Positions 19,097 through 30,122 are shown, numbered from the stretch's first letter. The stretch: DNA of 64,000 nucleotides from Thermodesulfobacteriota bacterium (GCA_963675595.2 CAXXLZ010000001.1:1280001-1344000); one strand, 5' to 3'. Made by a program: numbers and translations. The notes: generated by a model from the sequence alone, not told the origin.

Positions 19097-20421
19097 TGAA
19101 CCGCCCCTCTCGTTCCCCCGGGAACCAACACGCCGCCGGACGCCTGATTTCGAGGCCATCCGTCCTGTCGCTGAACGTTGCCGCTCATGCGACGCGCCGC
19201 TTCTCGATAGGCCTCCGCAATCATTTCCGAAAGCATCGCGGCGTTACCCGTTCGCCGGTTGTAGCCTTCCGGGTCCTGCTGAAAAGCCAGAATATCCTCT
19301 TTCGTCAGGCCCTGCTCCTTTGCCATCTGTGCAAAAATTTTCGTGGCAAGCGATTCAAGGGCCGGAAGCTCTTCAGGCGAAAACGTGCCGGGGACCCTCA
19401 CGGACATGTTGTCATCCACCTTGACATCCGTGTAGCCCTTGGCTTTGTCGGGATAATTCGGGTTTTGCGCCCGGCCCGCGGGCCGACTATACCGGTCTTG
19501 AGACAACCATCCGAAGGCTTTCGGGAACGCGCCGGTGGGCTGTTCGTCTCCGGCGCCGCCCATGGCATAGTCGTATATGCGAGACAGGACACCCGGCGGT
19601 TCGGACTCGGCCTTGGTTTCCATTTGCGTCGGCGCGGCCTCATCCGGAGGAGGAGACGCCCTGTTCAGAAAATCGGCGAAAAATGGATCGGTCCGAGCCA
19701 ATGACCCAAGATTGAGTTGCAGCGCTTCCCGAAATCTCTGAGGATCAACGACGCCGTACATGTCTTCGGACATCTCTTGGGCAAACTTCATCGCTTCCGA
19801 TATGGTTTTCTGCTTGTCCTTCAACGACATTTCCGGTTCGCGCCCGGCCATCCGCATAACCTGGGGCCTGGACAGCTCCTTTAAAACCGTTCGCTTGTCG
19901 GGAGCGATCAACCTGAACATGTCCGCCTGGTCGTCGTATACAATCTCGGAGTCCTTCGGAAGTCCGAACACTTCTTTTGCGGGCTCATACAGGCTGTCCA
20001 ACACAAGCCCGGCGCCATACTTCGTTCTCTTCTCATCCAGCTCAAACTTTTTCAGAGCCGTATCGGCCTTCTGCCGCTCCTCTTCATGCTTGAGGCCTGC
20101 GAGCATGATGCGTCGCTTCTCCGGGGCGTCTATGAGCTCCTGCATTTTTATCATCATGTTCATTCGATTGAACATGGCCTGCTGTTCCGCCGCGCGTCTC
20201 TGCTGTTGAGACTGCTCCGCCTCCAACCCGAATCGCTTCTGTTGCAGGCCGAACTCATCCGTCTGGAGCTTCTTCTGCCAGTCGAGCTGTTCTCTTTGGA
20301 GCTGCTCCTGCCGGTCGAGCCTGTCCTGCTGATCGTTGTAACGATTCTGCTCCTGCCATGAACGACCGATCCCCGCCGCCAAGGGGCCGATATACCGAAG
20401 TGCCGCGCCGAAATTCGCCAT
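19093..20421 (-). CDS. Putative internal virion (ejection) protein
   Basis: Gln-rich coiled coil; position among ejection genes. Confidence 0.6.
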   Translation of the reverse strand: MANFGAALRYIGPLAAGIGRSWQEQNRYNDQQDRLDRQEQLQREQLDWQKKLQTDEFGLQQKRFGLEAEQSQQQRRAAEQQAMFNRMNMMIKMQELIDAPEKRRIMLAGLKHEEERQKADTALKKFELDEKRTKYGAGLVLDSLYEPAKEVFGLPKDSEIVYDDQADMFRLIAPDKRTVLKELSRPQVMRMAGREPEMSLKDKQKTISEAMKFAQEMSEDMYGVVDPQRFREALQLNLGSLARTDPFFADFLNRASPPPDEAAPTQMETKAESEPPGVLSRIYDYAMGGAGDEQPTGAFPKAFGWLSQDRYSRPAGRAQNPNYPDKAKGYTDVKVDDNMSVRVPGTFSPEELPALESLATKIFAQMAKEQGLTKEDILAFQQDPEGYNRRTGNAAMLSEMIAEAYREAARRMSGNVQRQDGWPRNQASGGVLVPGGTRGAVQ

Positions 20422-21131
20422 CACAAATTCCAATCATTGTAGGCGTTTTGAGAGCTCACCCATCCGCCGCTGATATTGGAGGCCGGAGCCGTATTCGTCC
20501 TCGACGAAAGCGGCCCGCCCTTTCCAAACAGTGCACTCCCGACACCTTGCCCGAGCTGAGACATGGAATCCATGGTCTGCTGATCCTGCCGAAGATACAT
20601 GTCGGCCAAAGACCCCGACAAACTTCCCCCCTTCGAAATGGACCCGATCGCCATACTGGGCTGTCCTCGAACGGGAGACGCCAGACTTTCCAGCTTTGAC
20701 GGCGTTTCCGTAAGCACCGCCTTGTAGGCGTCCGACGCCGCCTTGTCGTTCAGCCGGCGCATAGTGCTTTCCGCAATCTTCTTCTGTGCGGGAGACAGAC
20801 CGGAAAGCGCCGTCGTGGCAATGTGCTCGGCATTGCGGTCGTACATGGGCTTGACGTCCGAATAGAACTGCTCGTCCGGATTACGCGTTGCTTCCGCAAT
20901 GAGTGCGCCTTGAAGGGGAAGATACTGCTCTTTGAATTTTGCGTTTTGCTCTCTGGCAATCTCGAGCTGAACCTGTTGCGCCTCTAATTGGGCGTCTTGT
21001 AAGTTCTTTTTCGACTGATCTTCCCCGGTAAGTAGGGCGCCGGGATCCAATATCTGCTCAATCAACGATTGCTCTTTGTCCCCGGCGATCATTCGCTCCA
21101 ATGGCGTAAAGATATCAAGAACGTCACCCAT
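20421..21131 (-). CDS. Putative internal virion protein
   Basis: Helical, Gly/Ser-rich C-terminus; operon position. Confidence 0.55.
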   Translation of the reverse strand: MGDVLDIFTPLERMIAGDKEQSLIEQILDPGALLTGEDQSKKNLQDAQLEAQQVQLEIAREQNAKFKEQYLPLQGALIAEATRNPDEQFYSDVKPMYDRNAEHIATTALSGLSPAQKKIAESTMRRLNDKAASDAYKAVLTETPSKLESLASPVRGQPSMAIGSISKGGSLSGSLADMYLRQDQQTMDSMSQLGQGVGSALFGKGGPLSSRTNTAPASNISGGWVSSQNAYNDWNL

Positions 21132-21134
21132 GGT

Positions 21135-21731
21135 TTACCCCCACCACCCTGCGGAACCGCCCATGTCCATAAGCCCGTTCGCAAGGCTCGACCAGTTGTC
21201 GGCCGTCTGTTGGTTCTGCGTGTTCAAGTTGTTCAACACGCCCAAGCCAAGATTCGCCGCCGATTGATAGCCCTCCATGGCCGCCGTGGGAAGCCCGTAG
21301 CCCCCCTGAAGGAACTTTTGCTTCTCCGCAAACACCTTGTTCTGAGCCTCACGAACGCCCGCGACAGCCGAAGAGCCTCTTGTCGCTTCCAACTCGCCCA
21401 TTGCCTTGCCTTCGAGCCCGGAACCCTTCATACCGCGCAACACCATATTGCTCTTGACCTGGTCTTTTATGTCCCGGTAAGAGGCGTTGGTCGGGCTGAT
21501 CTTGCTTTCGGCAAGCGCCGTCAAGTATTTGGGATTGGATAGAATGCCCGACCATGCTTCCTCAAGCGGCGCAAGGGCATCCTGGCTTTGCTTGTACTGT
21601 TCTAAGCCTAGTTGCGTCATTTCCCGACTGATGTCGGCAAGCTGGTTTTCCGTGTCGCTGGTGTCCTGCTGCGACATGGACGACCCCAACATCGACGCGC
21701 CTGCGATAATCAATGGGATCCACCAAGCCAT
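21135..21731 (-). CDS. Putative DNA pilot/ejection protein
   Basis: Hydrophobic N-terminus MAWWIPLIIAGASMLG; RGMKGSG motif; Q/N-rich. Confidence 0.6.
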   Translation of the reverse strand: MAWWIPLIIAGASMLGSSMSQQDTSDTENQLADISREMTQLGLEQYKQSQDALAPLEEAWSGILSNPKYLTALAESKISPTNASYRDIKDQVKSNMVLRGMKGSGLEGKAMGELEATRGSSAVAGVREAQNKVFAEKQKFLQGGYGLPTAAMEGYQSAANLGLGVLNNLNTQNQQTADNWSSLANGLMDMGGSAGWWG

Positions 21732-21734
21732 ATC

Positions 21735-22238
21735 CTATCTCTCCTCTCCCAAACGCTTTCCCCAAATTACCAGGTTGTGAAGCTCTCCATCTTTCATGAT
21801 CGCCTCGCTCGACAGCCCTTCCGTCCGAAAGCCCACCATCTTCATGAAAAAATTGGCTCGCCTGTTGAACGCCGGAATCAACCCGAGAAGTTTTTGCGCC
21901 CCCATTGCTCGAAGCGCCTGAAACGCTTTCGGCGCTACACCGACAAGAGGTTTTCCACGATATTCCGGAAGAACGGCGATGTGCAGTTGAACCGTAATCG
22001 AAGTAAGGGCTTCACCCCAGGTTCCGCCGGCCAATTTGGCCCCGTCGTAAAAGCCGAGACGCAGCACCCCGGGTCGAATCAGTCGGTCTATTGCCGACTT
22101 CAGGATCGACTCAACCGGAGTATATCCGTTTCCGAGCACGTCCTCGTGGATCAAGATTTTAACAAGGGAAAGCAGGTCCGCGTCCGACTCGATGGGTCGA
22201 ACGTCAAGAATAACATCCTGCTTTCCCTTGTTGACCAT
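21735..22238 (-). CDS. GNAT-fold phage protein (DUF2824-like)
   Basis: LHIAVLPEYRGK; N.RA..F...VGF..EG. Confidence 0.75.
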   Translation of the reverse strand: MVNKGKQDVILDVRPIESDADLLSLVKILIHEDVLGNGYTPVESILKSAIDRLIRPGVLRLGFYDGAKLAGGTWGEALTSITVQLHIAVLPEYRGKPLVGVAPKAFQALRAMGAQKLLGLIPAFNRRANFFMKMVGFRTEGLSSEAIMKDGELHNLVIWGKRLGEER

Positions 22239-22244
22239 CGGCGC

Positions 22245-22667
22245 TTACCCCTTGCCTTTTTTACCTTTTCCCGCGTCTCCGTCGCCCTTTGCTTCCGCCG
22301 CTTCTTTTGCAGCTTTCTCTCTTTCCTCTTTTTCTTTTTTTTCCGCCTCGTCGAGACTTCGCATGTTGTTGAAGTGCTCGGCGAGGAAATCAACCACGAG
22401 CGGCCCGAAGGCATACCCGCAACGATTATCCAAAATCGCAAGCTCGTCGGGGGTCACCTCCACCACGGGATCCATGCACTTTTTGATCTTCTTGCCGAGC
22501 TGAGCCACCCTGGTCTTCTGGTCCTTGCCCACCTGGGCGTCTCCGGGAATCGAGTTGAAACAAGCTACAACCGCCATTTGCTTGACGGTAATGGCCTCTC
22601 CGGTGTTCGGATCGATCATGGGGTTGTCGTTTTCGTCCAGAATGGGCGTATCAATCCTGAGCTGCAT
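22245..22667 (-). CDS. Hypothetical protein (possible tail-fibre chaperone)
   Basis: Immediately downstream of the tail fibre cluster; good RBS. Confidence 0.45.
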   Translation of the reverse strand: MQLRIDTPILDENDNPMIDPNTGEAITVKQMAVVACFNSIPGDAQVGKDQKTRVAQLGKKIKKCMDPVVEVTPDELAILDNRCGYAFGPLVVDFLAEHFNNMRSLDEAEKKEKEEREKAAKEAAEAKGDGDAGKGKKGKG

Positions 22668-22688
22668 AAATCCTCCGTAAATGGTGTG

Positions 22689-23018
22689 TTATTTTTCGAA
22701 GGTTTCCGTCGTCTTGAGTATGTCGTTGAGCAGACCGTCCGCCTTGTCGATCAGCCCGGTAACGTATGCCTGCTGCGTTTTCGTGAGCTTTCCATAGATG
22801 TCCTCGATGAACCGTTCCCCGGCCCTTGTATACCCGAGAACCACCTTTGGATCCTCGTTGTCCAGGTCTATATCGGCATGAGCTGGAATGATTTCGATGA
22901 TCCTGATATTCGCTCGTCCGGTTTCCTGTTTCAGGACTAGAGTACCTTCCGGTAGAACCTGTTCGGCGGACTTATCATCCGGGATATCAAAAATGCCGGA
23001 TATAAATTGCTTGGTCAT
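22689..23018 (-). CDS. Hypothetical protein
   Basis: Follows the fibre gene in the operon. Confidence 0.5.
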   Translation of the reverse strand: MTKQFISGIFDIPDDKSAEQVLPEGTLVLKQETGRANIRIIEIIPAHADIDLDNEDPKVVLGYTRAGERFIEDIYGKLTKTQQAYVTGLIDKADGLLNDILKTTETFEK

Positions 23019-23028
23019 GCTGTTTCCC

Positions 23029-25755
23029 TTATGGAGTTGCGCTGTAAGTAAACGCCGTCACAATACCGCCCTTGATCGTTATTGTCAGATAAGGAGTTGA
23101 TGCTGTATTGATGCTCAATGTTGTCCCGGAAGACCCTCCAAGTCCTGCGGTGCCGTTACAATTAAACCCGGCGTTCGACCGCACCGTACCAACGCACGTA
23201 ATGCTGCTGTCCACATTGAACGGAACGGATGAATTGACGACGATTTCAGAAGGCTTTACCAGCATCGACGCGGAGCCGCCCCTAACGTAGCCAAAGCCGA
23301 TTCCGGTAACGCTTGACCCTGCCAGAATCCACCCCCAACTCGGATAGGTCGCGTGAGCGGTACCCCCAAGGCCGATCGTCATGATGTAGTTTTCACTTGC
23401 CGTTCTGACCTTGAATTCCGCCTCACCGGCCGTGTTGGGGTTCTCGACCACCACCCGAGTCATTGCCGCTTGGCTTTTGTATACCTCCAACATATCGGTA
23501 GGCACTTTGCCGACGCCGGTTGCGCCCGCAAAGTAGTTCTTGGCACTCGCGTACTCTTGATACATTCCATACCAAGCACCCACGGTAGCGGTAACGGACG
23601 ATGGCGACCGAAGATAGATGCCATAGACCGTTGTTATTGAAACGCTTCCTCCACTACGTGCTAATGGGGTTAGATCAATACCGGTTGCTCTGGTAACAGT
23701 AGCGTTTGTACATGAGGAATTGGTCCCATAAAAAAACCGACAGGAAATCAAATCATTTACTGTGCTGGATGCCGTATTGGCGGAATTAAGCTGTGCGAAA
23801 CCTGTTACGGCTACAATTCTATCCGCTGCAGAATTAAGTGATACACCAGTGGTATTTACCCATATTCCATAATAACCAGAACTTGATGACGTAATAGATA
23901 CGCCTCCGGCGCATGAAATATAGGTTCCCGCTAAGTAGGTTGAGCCGGCTCCAGTTCCACTGCTTAAAACGTACAAACCATATGCAGCGGCTGGAGTTGA
24001 TCCAATGCCAACGTTTCCACTTGAATAATAAACCCCGTTGGCATGACTTAACCATAGAGCTTCACCAACCGTCTTCCAGGCTGATCCGTTGTACCAAGAC
24101 AGGTTGCTTCCATCGTGCTTTAAGCCCCCCGTCAGAGCGGTCGCACCCCATGAATCCGTTCCAAGTGCAATCACGTCACGCGCAAAAGTCACCAAGCTGG
24201 TACTCTGCGCGATAATCAACGACGCGCTAGACCCTCGAACGTATCCGATCCCTAAGCCGCTCGTTAAGCCTGGACCCGCAAGAATCCATCCCCAATTAGG
24301 AATAGACGAAGTTGTGTTGCCACACCCAAAAGCAATGATGTGATTCTCGTCGGCCCCACGGGCCTTGATTTCAACCAGTCCGTCGGCATGCGCGTTCTCC
24401 GCTACGATTCTGGTGTAGGCATACGGTGACGTCCCGTCGTCTTGGTCTTTCTTGACAACCAGCATGTCCCCGGGCGCATTGGTCCCGATTCCCATCGCTC
24501 CGGCAAAATAGCTTGCAGCCGAATGCTCTGAATAAAGAGCCCACTGATTTGTAACAGTGCCTCCAGTTGTTGCAGCACCGATATAAATTCCGTAGCTGCT
24601 TGTTATTGTTCCAGATGTATGGAATGGATAAATCCTGACCCCGTAGGCTTCAGTAACTGTTCCAGGTCCACTGTTGATGCCGAATTGTACCCTGGCTCCT
24701 ATCAGAGTGCCTACAGTTCCGGTCTTGGTGCCTGTCGCATCAAGGCAATACGCTCCCATGGAGGCCCCGATATGATATCCTGATGCCGTAATACCGGCTG
24801 CTGCATTAGGATTTACCGAAGACCATACACCGTATTGGAAATAAGCGTTATTGCTCGTATGCCCTGGAACAAGATAAGCGTCTACTCCAACCTTGTTTTG
24901 GCTCGCGATAGCTGCATAAAAATATCCACAGTATTCCGTGCTTGGAGTGGTTCCAACCGCAATACCTTTTACTCCGTCTGTGTAATAAAGACCGTTTGCA
25001 TGCGCCGACCAAAGCCCGGAAGCAGACGTATCCACCAACTGTTTCCACGCGGCATCAATGGTATGATAGTACCAAATGGCCGATCCGGTATGCTTGATGC
25101 CTCCGGTCTCAGCAGACCCCGTTACGTAGGTATGACTCGGGTCGAGATAGATGCGATCCAAATAGAAGGATACGGGGAAATCCTTCTTGATAATCATAGA
25201 CGCCGAAGGACCCTGCACATACCCCAAAGCAATCCCGGTCACCCCGGCGCCTGCCAAGACGTATCCCCACGACGGCGCGGAATGATACGTCCCGCACAAA
25301 CCGAAGCTCATGGTTTTGGCCGCCGTCTGATCGGTGACCACATAGAGTTCCGACTGCGCCGCCGTGCCGAGGCTCGGATTATCGACTCGTACTCCCGTAA
25401 CGGCGTTGGCGCTCTCTACAAAATGCGCCGTCCTCTGGGCCGTTGGCGTTCCGATGCCTACTCGGTTGGGCGTGTCGGCATAGATCGTATTCCCCGACTT
25501 CTTCCAGTAGCTATCCGAGGTATAGATCACGTTCGACGTATTCCCGCCGGACGCCTGAGACGTAGCGGACAATCCCAAGGCGTCCAACTCGCCGTGCGTG
25601 ACGAACGAGTTCTTTTTCTCGCCTCGTCGCCCGTACGCCTGGGCCAACAACTCCTCGATTCGCACAAAAGTCCGCTTCGCGTGCTGATCGGCCACACGAT
25701 TATGGTCTTCGAAGAGAACGCCCTGGTTCTTCGCCTTCGCCGCCGTAACCGCCAT
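23029..25755 (-). CDS. Tail fibre / receptor-binding protein
   Basis: VGIGT/MGIGT/VGIGS fibre motifs; G/S/T-rich; C-terminal ITIKGGIVT. Confidence 0.82.
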   Translation of the reverse strand: MAVTAAKAKNQGVLFEDHNRVADQHAKRTFVRIEELLAQAYGRRGEKKNSFVTHGELDALGLSATSQASGGNTSNVIYTSDSYWKKSGNTIYADTPNRVGIGTPTAQRTAHFVESANAVTGVRVDNPSLGTAAQSELYVVTDQTAAKTMSFGLCGTYHSAPSWGYVLAGAGVTGIALGYVQGPSASMIIKKDFPVSFYLDRIYLDPSHTYVTGSAETGGIKHTGSAIWYYHTIDAAWKQLVDTSASGLWSAHANGLYYTDGVKGIAVGTTPSTEYCGYFYAAIASQNKVGVDAYLVPGHTSNNAYFQYGVWSSVNPNAAAGITASGYHIGASMGAYCLDATGTKTGTVGTLIGARVQFGINSGPGTVTEAYGVRIYPFHTSGTITSSYGIYIGAATTGGTVTNQWALYSEHSAASYFAGAMGIGTNAPGDMLVVKKDQDDGTSPYAYTRIVAENAHADGLVEIKARGADENHIIAFGCGNTTSSIPNWGWILAGPGLTSGLGIGYVRGSSASLIIAQSTSLVTFARDVIALGTDSWGATALTGGLKHDGSNLSWYNGSAWKTVGEALWLSHANGVYYSSGNVGIGSTPAAAYGLYVLSSGTGAGSTYLAGTYISCAGGVSITSSSSGYYGIWVNTTGVSLNSAADRIVAVTGFAQLNSANTASSTVNDLISCRFFYGTNSSCTNATVTRATGIDLTPLARSGGSVSITTVYGIYLRSPSSVTATVGAWYGMYQEYASAKNYFAGATGVGKVPTDMLEVYKSQAAMTRVVVENPNTAGEAEFKVRTASENYIMTIGLGGTAHATYPSWGWILAGSSVTGIGFGYVRGGSASMLVKPSEIVVNSSVPFNVDSSITCVGTVRSNAGFNCNGTAGLGGSSGTTLSINTASTPYLTITIKGGIVTAFTYSATP

Positions 25756-28700
25756 TATTGCAACCTCGCTCCATGCCATCGGACGTTGAACACAAACAAC
25801 GAATTCTTGGAGTCTTCCTCGTAGTCGTACATGACTTTGTGTCCGCGGATCCCCGCGGGAAGCAAAAACCGGTGGGCGGTCGGTTTGGTAACGGCCTCCA
25901 ACCGCTTCGTCTTCACCAACTTATGGTCCACGAAAATCTTCAACGTGCCGGTTCCGATCCAGCGCACCGTGTAAGCCTGGAAGGCGAACCGCGCAAAGTT
26001 GCCGCGCGTTGGAGATATTTCAGACAACCGCATGTCGGGATCGAAGGCGAACTTGACGTCGTAGACGAACCCGGTTCCCTCGTTATCCCACGCAATCCGG
26101 CTCGCGATGGGCAGATTGAAGCCCGTAGGATACGAATGAAATATCGTCTCGATGGTTTCCGTCTGCCAGTCCGTGGAGTCATAGGTCGTAAGGCTTTTAC
26201 TGATGTCCGACCGCAGCACGTCGTCGAAGTAGAACTTCAGGTCCACCGCGCCGAAATAGGTCACCGTGGTGCTGTAAATGTAGGCTCTCTTGACCGGGAG
26301 CCCCGTCAATTCGCTCGCCTGCGTAACCTTGGGAGGCTCCGTCTCGACGTCAAACTTCACTGCATGCAGCCACCCGGGATGCGTAGCATCCTTGTCTGCG
26401 TGATACGCTTGGTAGACGTGTCCAATCTTTGGGGGCTGTATTTCAAGCATCTTCGAGTTGTGTACCGAGCTCGAAAGCGTAGTGGACAGGTCCTCCGTGC
26501 CGTCCAGGTGAATCTTGAAGCCTATGTCCCCGTCCCACGCCACTTCCGCGCCCTTCAAGAGCACCCTGGTCGAATACTCCTGGTCCGGAACCACGTCGAA
26601 CTGCACCGTGTCATAATCAAGGCCGTTCCCGGTCCACTGTATCTGGTAAAGCTGACCGTGTGCATTCCTGGCGAAATAAGCCGTGTTCTCTCCGGCCCGA
26701 TGAACTGTGACCGTAGCGCTCAATACGCCGTCCAAATACAGATAGACGGTGCACGCGCCCCGAGAGATGAACCTCACGGCATGCGCTACCACTCGCTGAA
26801 GGTAATCCTTCTCCGGGCTCCACCACCATTCCAGGACTTGAATGGATGGAGAAGGCACGTGATAGGTACTGATACTCGCCCACCAGACCGCCTGGGCGCG
26901 TTTGCCCTTCGTGGCCGCCGGGAAGAACAGCGGCGTCTCGTTGTCTCCCGAGACCGTCTGCGTCGTGCCCTTCGCCGTACCGTCTGCGTAAAGCTGAAAA
27001 CTCGCACTCGCCCGATGCCCGACCCTGGCGCCGTGAAGGACGCTCAACTCGTCCATGGCCTCGTCGCGGTCGATCAGCCAACGAAGAGTCTTGATCGCCG
27101 TTGATGGAACGGTCGTTCCGGCCCCCTGCACGTAACATCGAATCCTGGGGATGAACCCAACCGTGTTGGCATCGAAATGACAATCAACCTCGGTGGGCGT
27201 CGTCGCGTTGATCCTCCATCTCGGATAAGTCGTCATGTTCCCGAAATCGCAATGGAGCACGATGTCGCAGGCTTCGTGTGTCGTAACGAGCGCCCTATGA
27301 AACAGAGTCTGCACCTGGTACTTCTTGAGAGATTGATAGTGCAGGGTGGCCTGATAGAACTTGCCGATACCGTAGACGAGAATCTGCGCCTTGTAGCCCG
27401 TGCAATCCGCCTTGGCGATGGGCAGGTAGACCAGGTGAGTCACCGTGCCGGTTACGGGCCCGGAAAAAACTCGGTTGGCCTTGGTCGTGCCGTCGATACC
27501 TACGTGCACCGTCAACGATTCGCCGGATGGAATATCCGAAACAGTGACCTCAAGGAAGTCGAATATCTTCAGATCGTGCAGATCATCGCCTGCCGTCTCT
27601 CCGGACAAATACCACATGTTGACATAGGAATCCGCGCGACCGTCCTCTCCGTCGCAGCCCTGCCACATGTAAAGGTCCCCGGTCCCCGGACTCGAAGGAT
27701 CCTCGGTGAGCACATACACCTTGTCGTCGATCGCGTCATAATAGGAGTCGTTGATTTCAAACCGAGCCCTTACCGACTCCCCGGATAACGGATTAAACTG
27801 CGCCGTCCCGTCCCAGTCCCACCCAAACAGTTTCCATTCCGGCACGACGCCCTGGTTGGTGCTGTGAAGTCTCGTGAAATCGGCAACGAGAGTTCCCACA
27901 TCGGTGAAAAGCAAATACTGCTTCTTCCAATACTGAGCCGACATGTAACTCGCCGCTTTGATTTCGATCGTGCCGAGAACGGGCGTTGACAGGTCCCGGA
28001 TCCTGCCGGTGCTCAGGTCCAGCATTACGATCGCATCCGTAGCCGGCCAGATAACCCCGTACTCAGTGGAAACGATCGCCCTCATGGAAGCGCAATTCCA
28101 GGAGCCCTCGAGTTGCTGCTTCACCATGGACGTTGCGTCCGTTCCCGAAAGAATCCAGGGACCCTTCTCCGTAATAACCAGAAGCCCGGCGTCGGTGGAA
28201 TGCAACGCAAGGATCGTGACCGGAAACGGTATAAACTGAGATAATCCCCAGGCATGGGGATCGTCCGTGTTCGAGAAAAACAGAACGGAGTTGTTCGGCC
28301 CGCCGGTCGCGTAAAATCTGTTCTTGTGGAACACGATCATTCGAAGGAACGTGCGCGTATAGGTCCCATCACCGTCCGGATACCAACCGGGCGTATGGTT
28401 GTCTTCCGACTCAAGGGGCCGATTCAGAAGAAGGTCCGTATCCGACGTTGTATCCGTATAGCTGGAAAAGCTGCCCGGAGTTCCGGACGCTAAAAAGTAA
28501 AACTCGCTTCCATTGGCCGTTGTTCGAAAGAGCCATATCTTTTCCACCGGCAACTCGTAGATCGCGCCGGAAGGTGAAGCCCCGTAATACTTCCCGCCCG
28601 TGAATACCGGGGGCTGCGGAATAGACGCGATGGAAACGGCCGACACGTCGGTTGGAAACGTGCACGAAATCACCGACCAATCATCGTTAGGGCTCCATGG

Positions 28701-29765
28701 AGCCGAAATCACACCATGCGTCTCATTGACGAACACAACGGCATATTGATAGGTCCCGTTGAAATAGAACGGATCGTCGTCGGGAGGGCGTGTCGTTTCG
28801 CCCTGCGCCGCATGCCACACCCGACGCGCCTTCGGATATTGAGTAATCGCTCCACCGTTGAAGGTGTTATAGACAAACCGATAGATGCCGACGTTATCCG
28901 AAGGGGGCGTCCAGGTGAATTGATTCCACCCGCCGATCTTGAACGGAAAGTCACCTACTCCATAAGCCGTCCATGCGGAACCGCTCCAATATTGCTGCGT
29001 AATGGGTCCGGCCACGTTGTACCATTCGCCGTCCGCCTTCTTGTATTGAAAGATCAACTCATAGACGCCCCCGGAACAAACTCCCGCGGTGGACACGTCA
29101 ATGACGATCTGTCCGGCCGTGATCGGAATTTTAAACGCAATGTTGTTGTTTACCCGCGGATCCTCGCTGTGAATGTTCGGATCAACCGAAAGAGGGGTGT
29201 CGTCCGGAGCCGTGTCCTTGGACGCTATCGCATAGTTCCCAAGCAATTTATCATCGCTCGGCGTAATCCCGCTTCCGGAAGGCGGAACACCCCGCCACAC
29301 GTCCCAAAACTCCACCACGCCGAACTTGGCGCCACCGGCAAACCCGGACGCGGCCGCCGCCTCAACGTCCGGAGGAGTAATCCCGAGCAGGTGCGTCGGG
29401 TTCCCCGTTTCGTTCAAAATGATTTTCGGTCGATGCACCAGTCCGTCGGGAGACCCGTCTTCCGTATAGACCAAGTGGTCGTCCCAAGATTCATGTGTGA
29501 TGACGATATCGCTTGAAGGCCATTCGTCGTCGATGGCGCCGCCTGTGCGGTTCCGCAACCGGGTGAACGTGCGACAGTTCGTCAGGTCGCCTACCTTGTG
29601 ATTCTCCCGCATAGGCAACAGCGCCCCGCTGGAGAAGTCGCAGTCCCGAGCGTCCATAGCCTCGCTCTCGGACAACAGGTGAGGTTCCTTGACGGCATTG
29701 ATCCCGCCGAACCTCATCACTCTGGTCTGCATCAACGTGTCGAAAAAATTCAGCTCTTGAGGCAT
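25755..29765 (-). CDS. Tail nozzle / tubular protein B-like with repeated beta-sandwich C-terminus
   Basis: N-terminal FGGIN...P; LFFSNTDDPHAW propeller-type motif; repeated Y.DG...T units. Confidence 0.72.
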   Translation of the reverse strand: MPQELNFFDTLMQTRVMRFGGINAVKEPHLLSESEAMDARDCDFSSGALLPMRENHKVGDLTNCRTFTRLRNRTGGAIDDEWPSSDIVITHESWDDHLVYTEDGSPDGLVHRPKIILNETGNPTHLLGITPPDVEAAAASGFAGGAKFGVVEFWDVWRGVPPSGSGITPSDDKLLGNYAIASKDTAPDDTPLSVDPNIHSEDPRVNNNIAFKIPITAGQIVIDVSTAGVCSGGVYELIFQYKKADGEWYNVAGPITQQYWSGSAWTAYGVGDFPFKIGGWNQFTWTPPSDNVGIYRFVYNTFNGGAITQYPKARRVWHAAQGETTRPPDDDPFYFNGTYQYAVVFVNETHGVISAPWSPNDDWSVISCTFPTDVSAVSIASIPQPPVFTGGKYYGASPSGAIYELPVEKIWLFRTTANGSEFYFLASGTPGSFSSYTDTTSDTDLLLNRPLESEDNHTPGWYPDGDGTYTRTFLRMIVFHKNRFYATGGPNNSVLFFSNTDDPHAWGLSQFIPFPVTILALHSTDAGLLVITEKGPWILSGTDATSMVKQQLEGSWNCASMRAIVSTEYGVIWPATDAIVMLDLSTGRIRDLSTPVLGTIEIKAASYMSAQYWKKQYLLFTDVGTLVADFTRLHSTNQGVVPEWKLFGWDWDGTAQFNPLSGESVRARFEINDSYYDAIDDKVYVLTEDPSSPGTGDLYMWQGCDGEDGRADSYVNMWYLSGETAGDDLHDLKIFDFLEVTVSDIPSGESLTVHVGIDGTTKANRVFSGPVTGTVTHLVYLPIAKADCTGYKAQILVYGIGKFYQATLHYQSLKKYQVQTLFHRALVTTHEACDIVLHCDFGNMTTYPRWRINATTPTEVDCHFDANTVGFIPRIRCYVQGAGTTVPSTAIKTLRWLIDRDEAMDELSVLHGARVGHRASASFQLYADGTAKGTTQTVSGDNETPLFFPAATKGKRAQAVWWASISTYHVPSPSIQVLEWWWSPEKDYLQRVVAHAVRFISRGACTVYLYLDGVLSATVTVHRAGENTAYFARNAHGQLYQIQWTGNGLDYDTVQFDVVPDQEYSTRVLLKGAEVAWDGDIGFKIHLDGTEDLSTTLSSSVHNSKMLEIQPPKIGHVYQAYHADKDATHPGWLHAVKFDVETEPPKVTQASELTGLPVKRAYIYSTTVTYFGAVDLKFYFDDVLRSDISKSLTTYDSTDWQTETIETIFHSYPTGFNLPIASRIAWDNEGTGFVYDVKFAFDPDMRLSEISPTRGNFARFAFQAYTVRWIGTGTLKIFVDHKLVKTKRLEAVTKPTAHRFLLPAGIRGHKVMYDYEEDSKNSLFVFNVRWHGARLQ

Positions 29766-29768
29766 GGC

Positions 29769-30122
29769 TTATCCGTCGTAGGCATAGATTCGATCGAAGT
29801 CGAACTCCAACACCGCTCCGCTCGACAAGGTTAGAGCAAACTTCAGCTTGTACTTTCCCTGCTTCGCCGTGGGCGGATACCTCATGGTCACGTTGACGTA
29901 GTAGTTCGACGCAACGGACGAAGCCGTCATTACGTCGGAGCTCACATCCGTACCGTCGTCAACGTCCTCCGCCGTAACTACCGCGCTGCTGATCGTCGTC
30001 GAATAAGGAATCGCCCCATCCCGGGCCGTCGCCGACGTCCACGCCGGGAAATAAAAAGCCACCACCAAGCCGGCGGTGGCGGGTTGTAAAACGATATTCT
30101 CAGAGCCCTTGAAGTCAGGCAT
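29769..30122 (-). CDS. Putative fibre-tail adaptor
   Basis: TISSAVVT...GKYKLKF beta-sandwich; position. Confidence 0.5.
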   Translation of the reverse strand: MPDFKGSENIVLQPATAGLVVAFYFPAWTSATARDGAIPYSTTISSAVVTAEDVDDGTDVSSDVMTASSVASNYYVNVTMRYPPTAKQGKYKLKFALTLSSGAVLEFDFDRIYAYDG

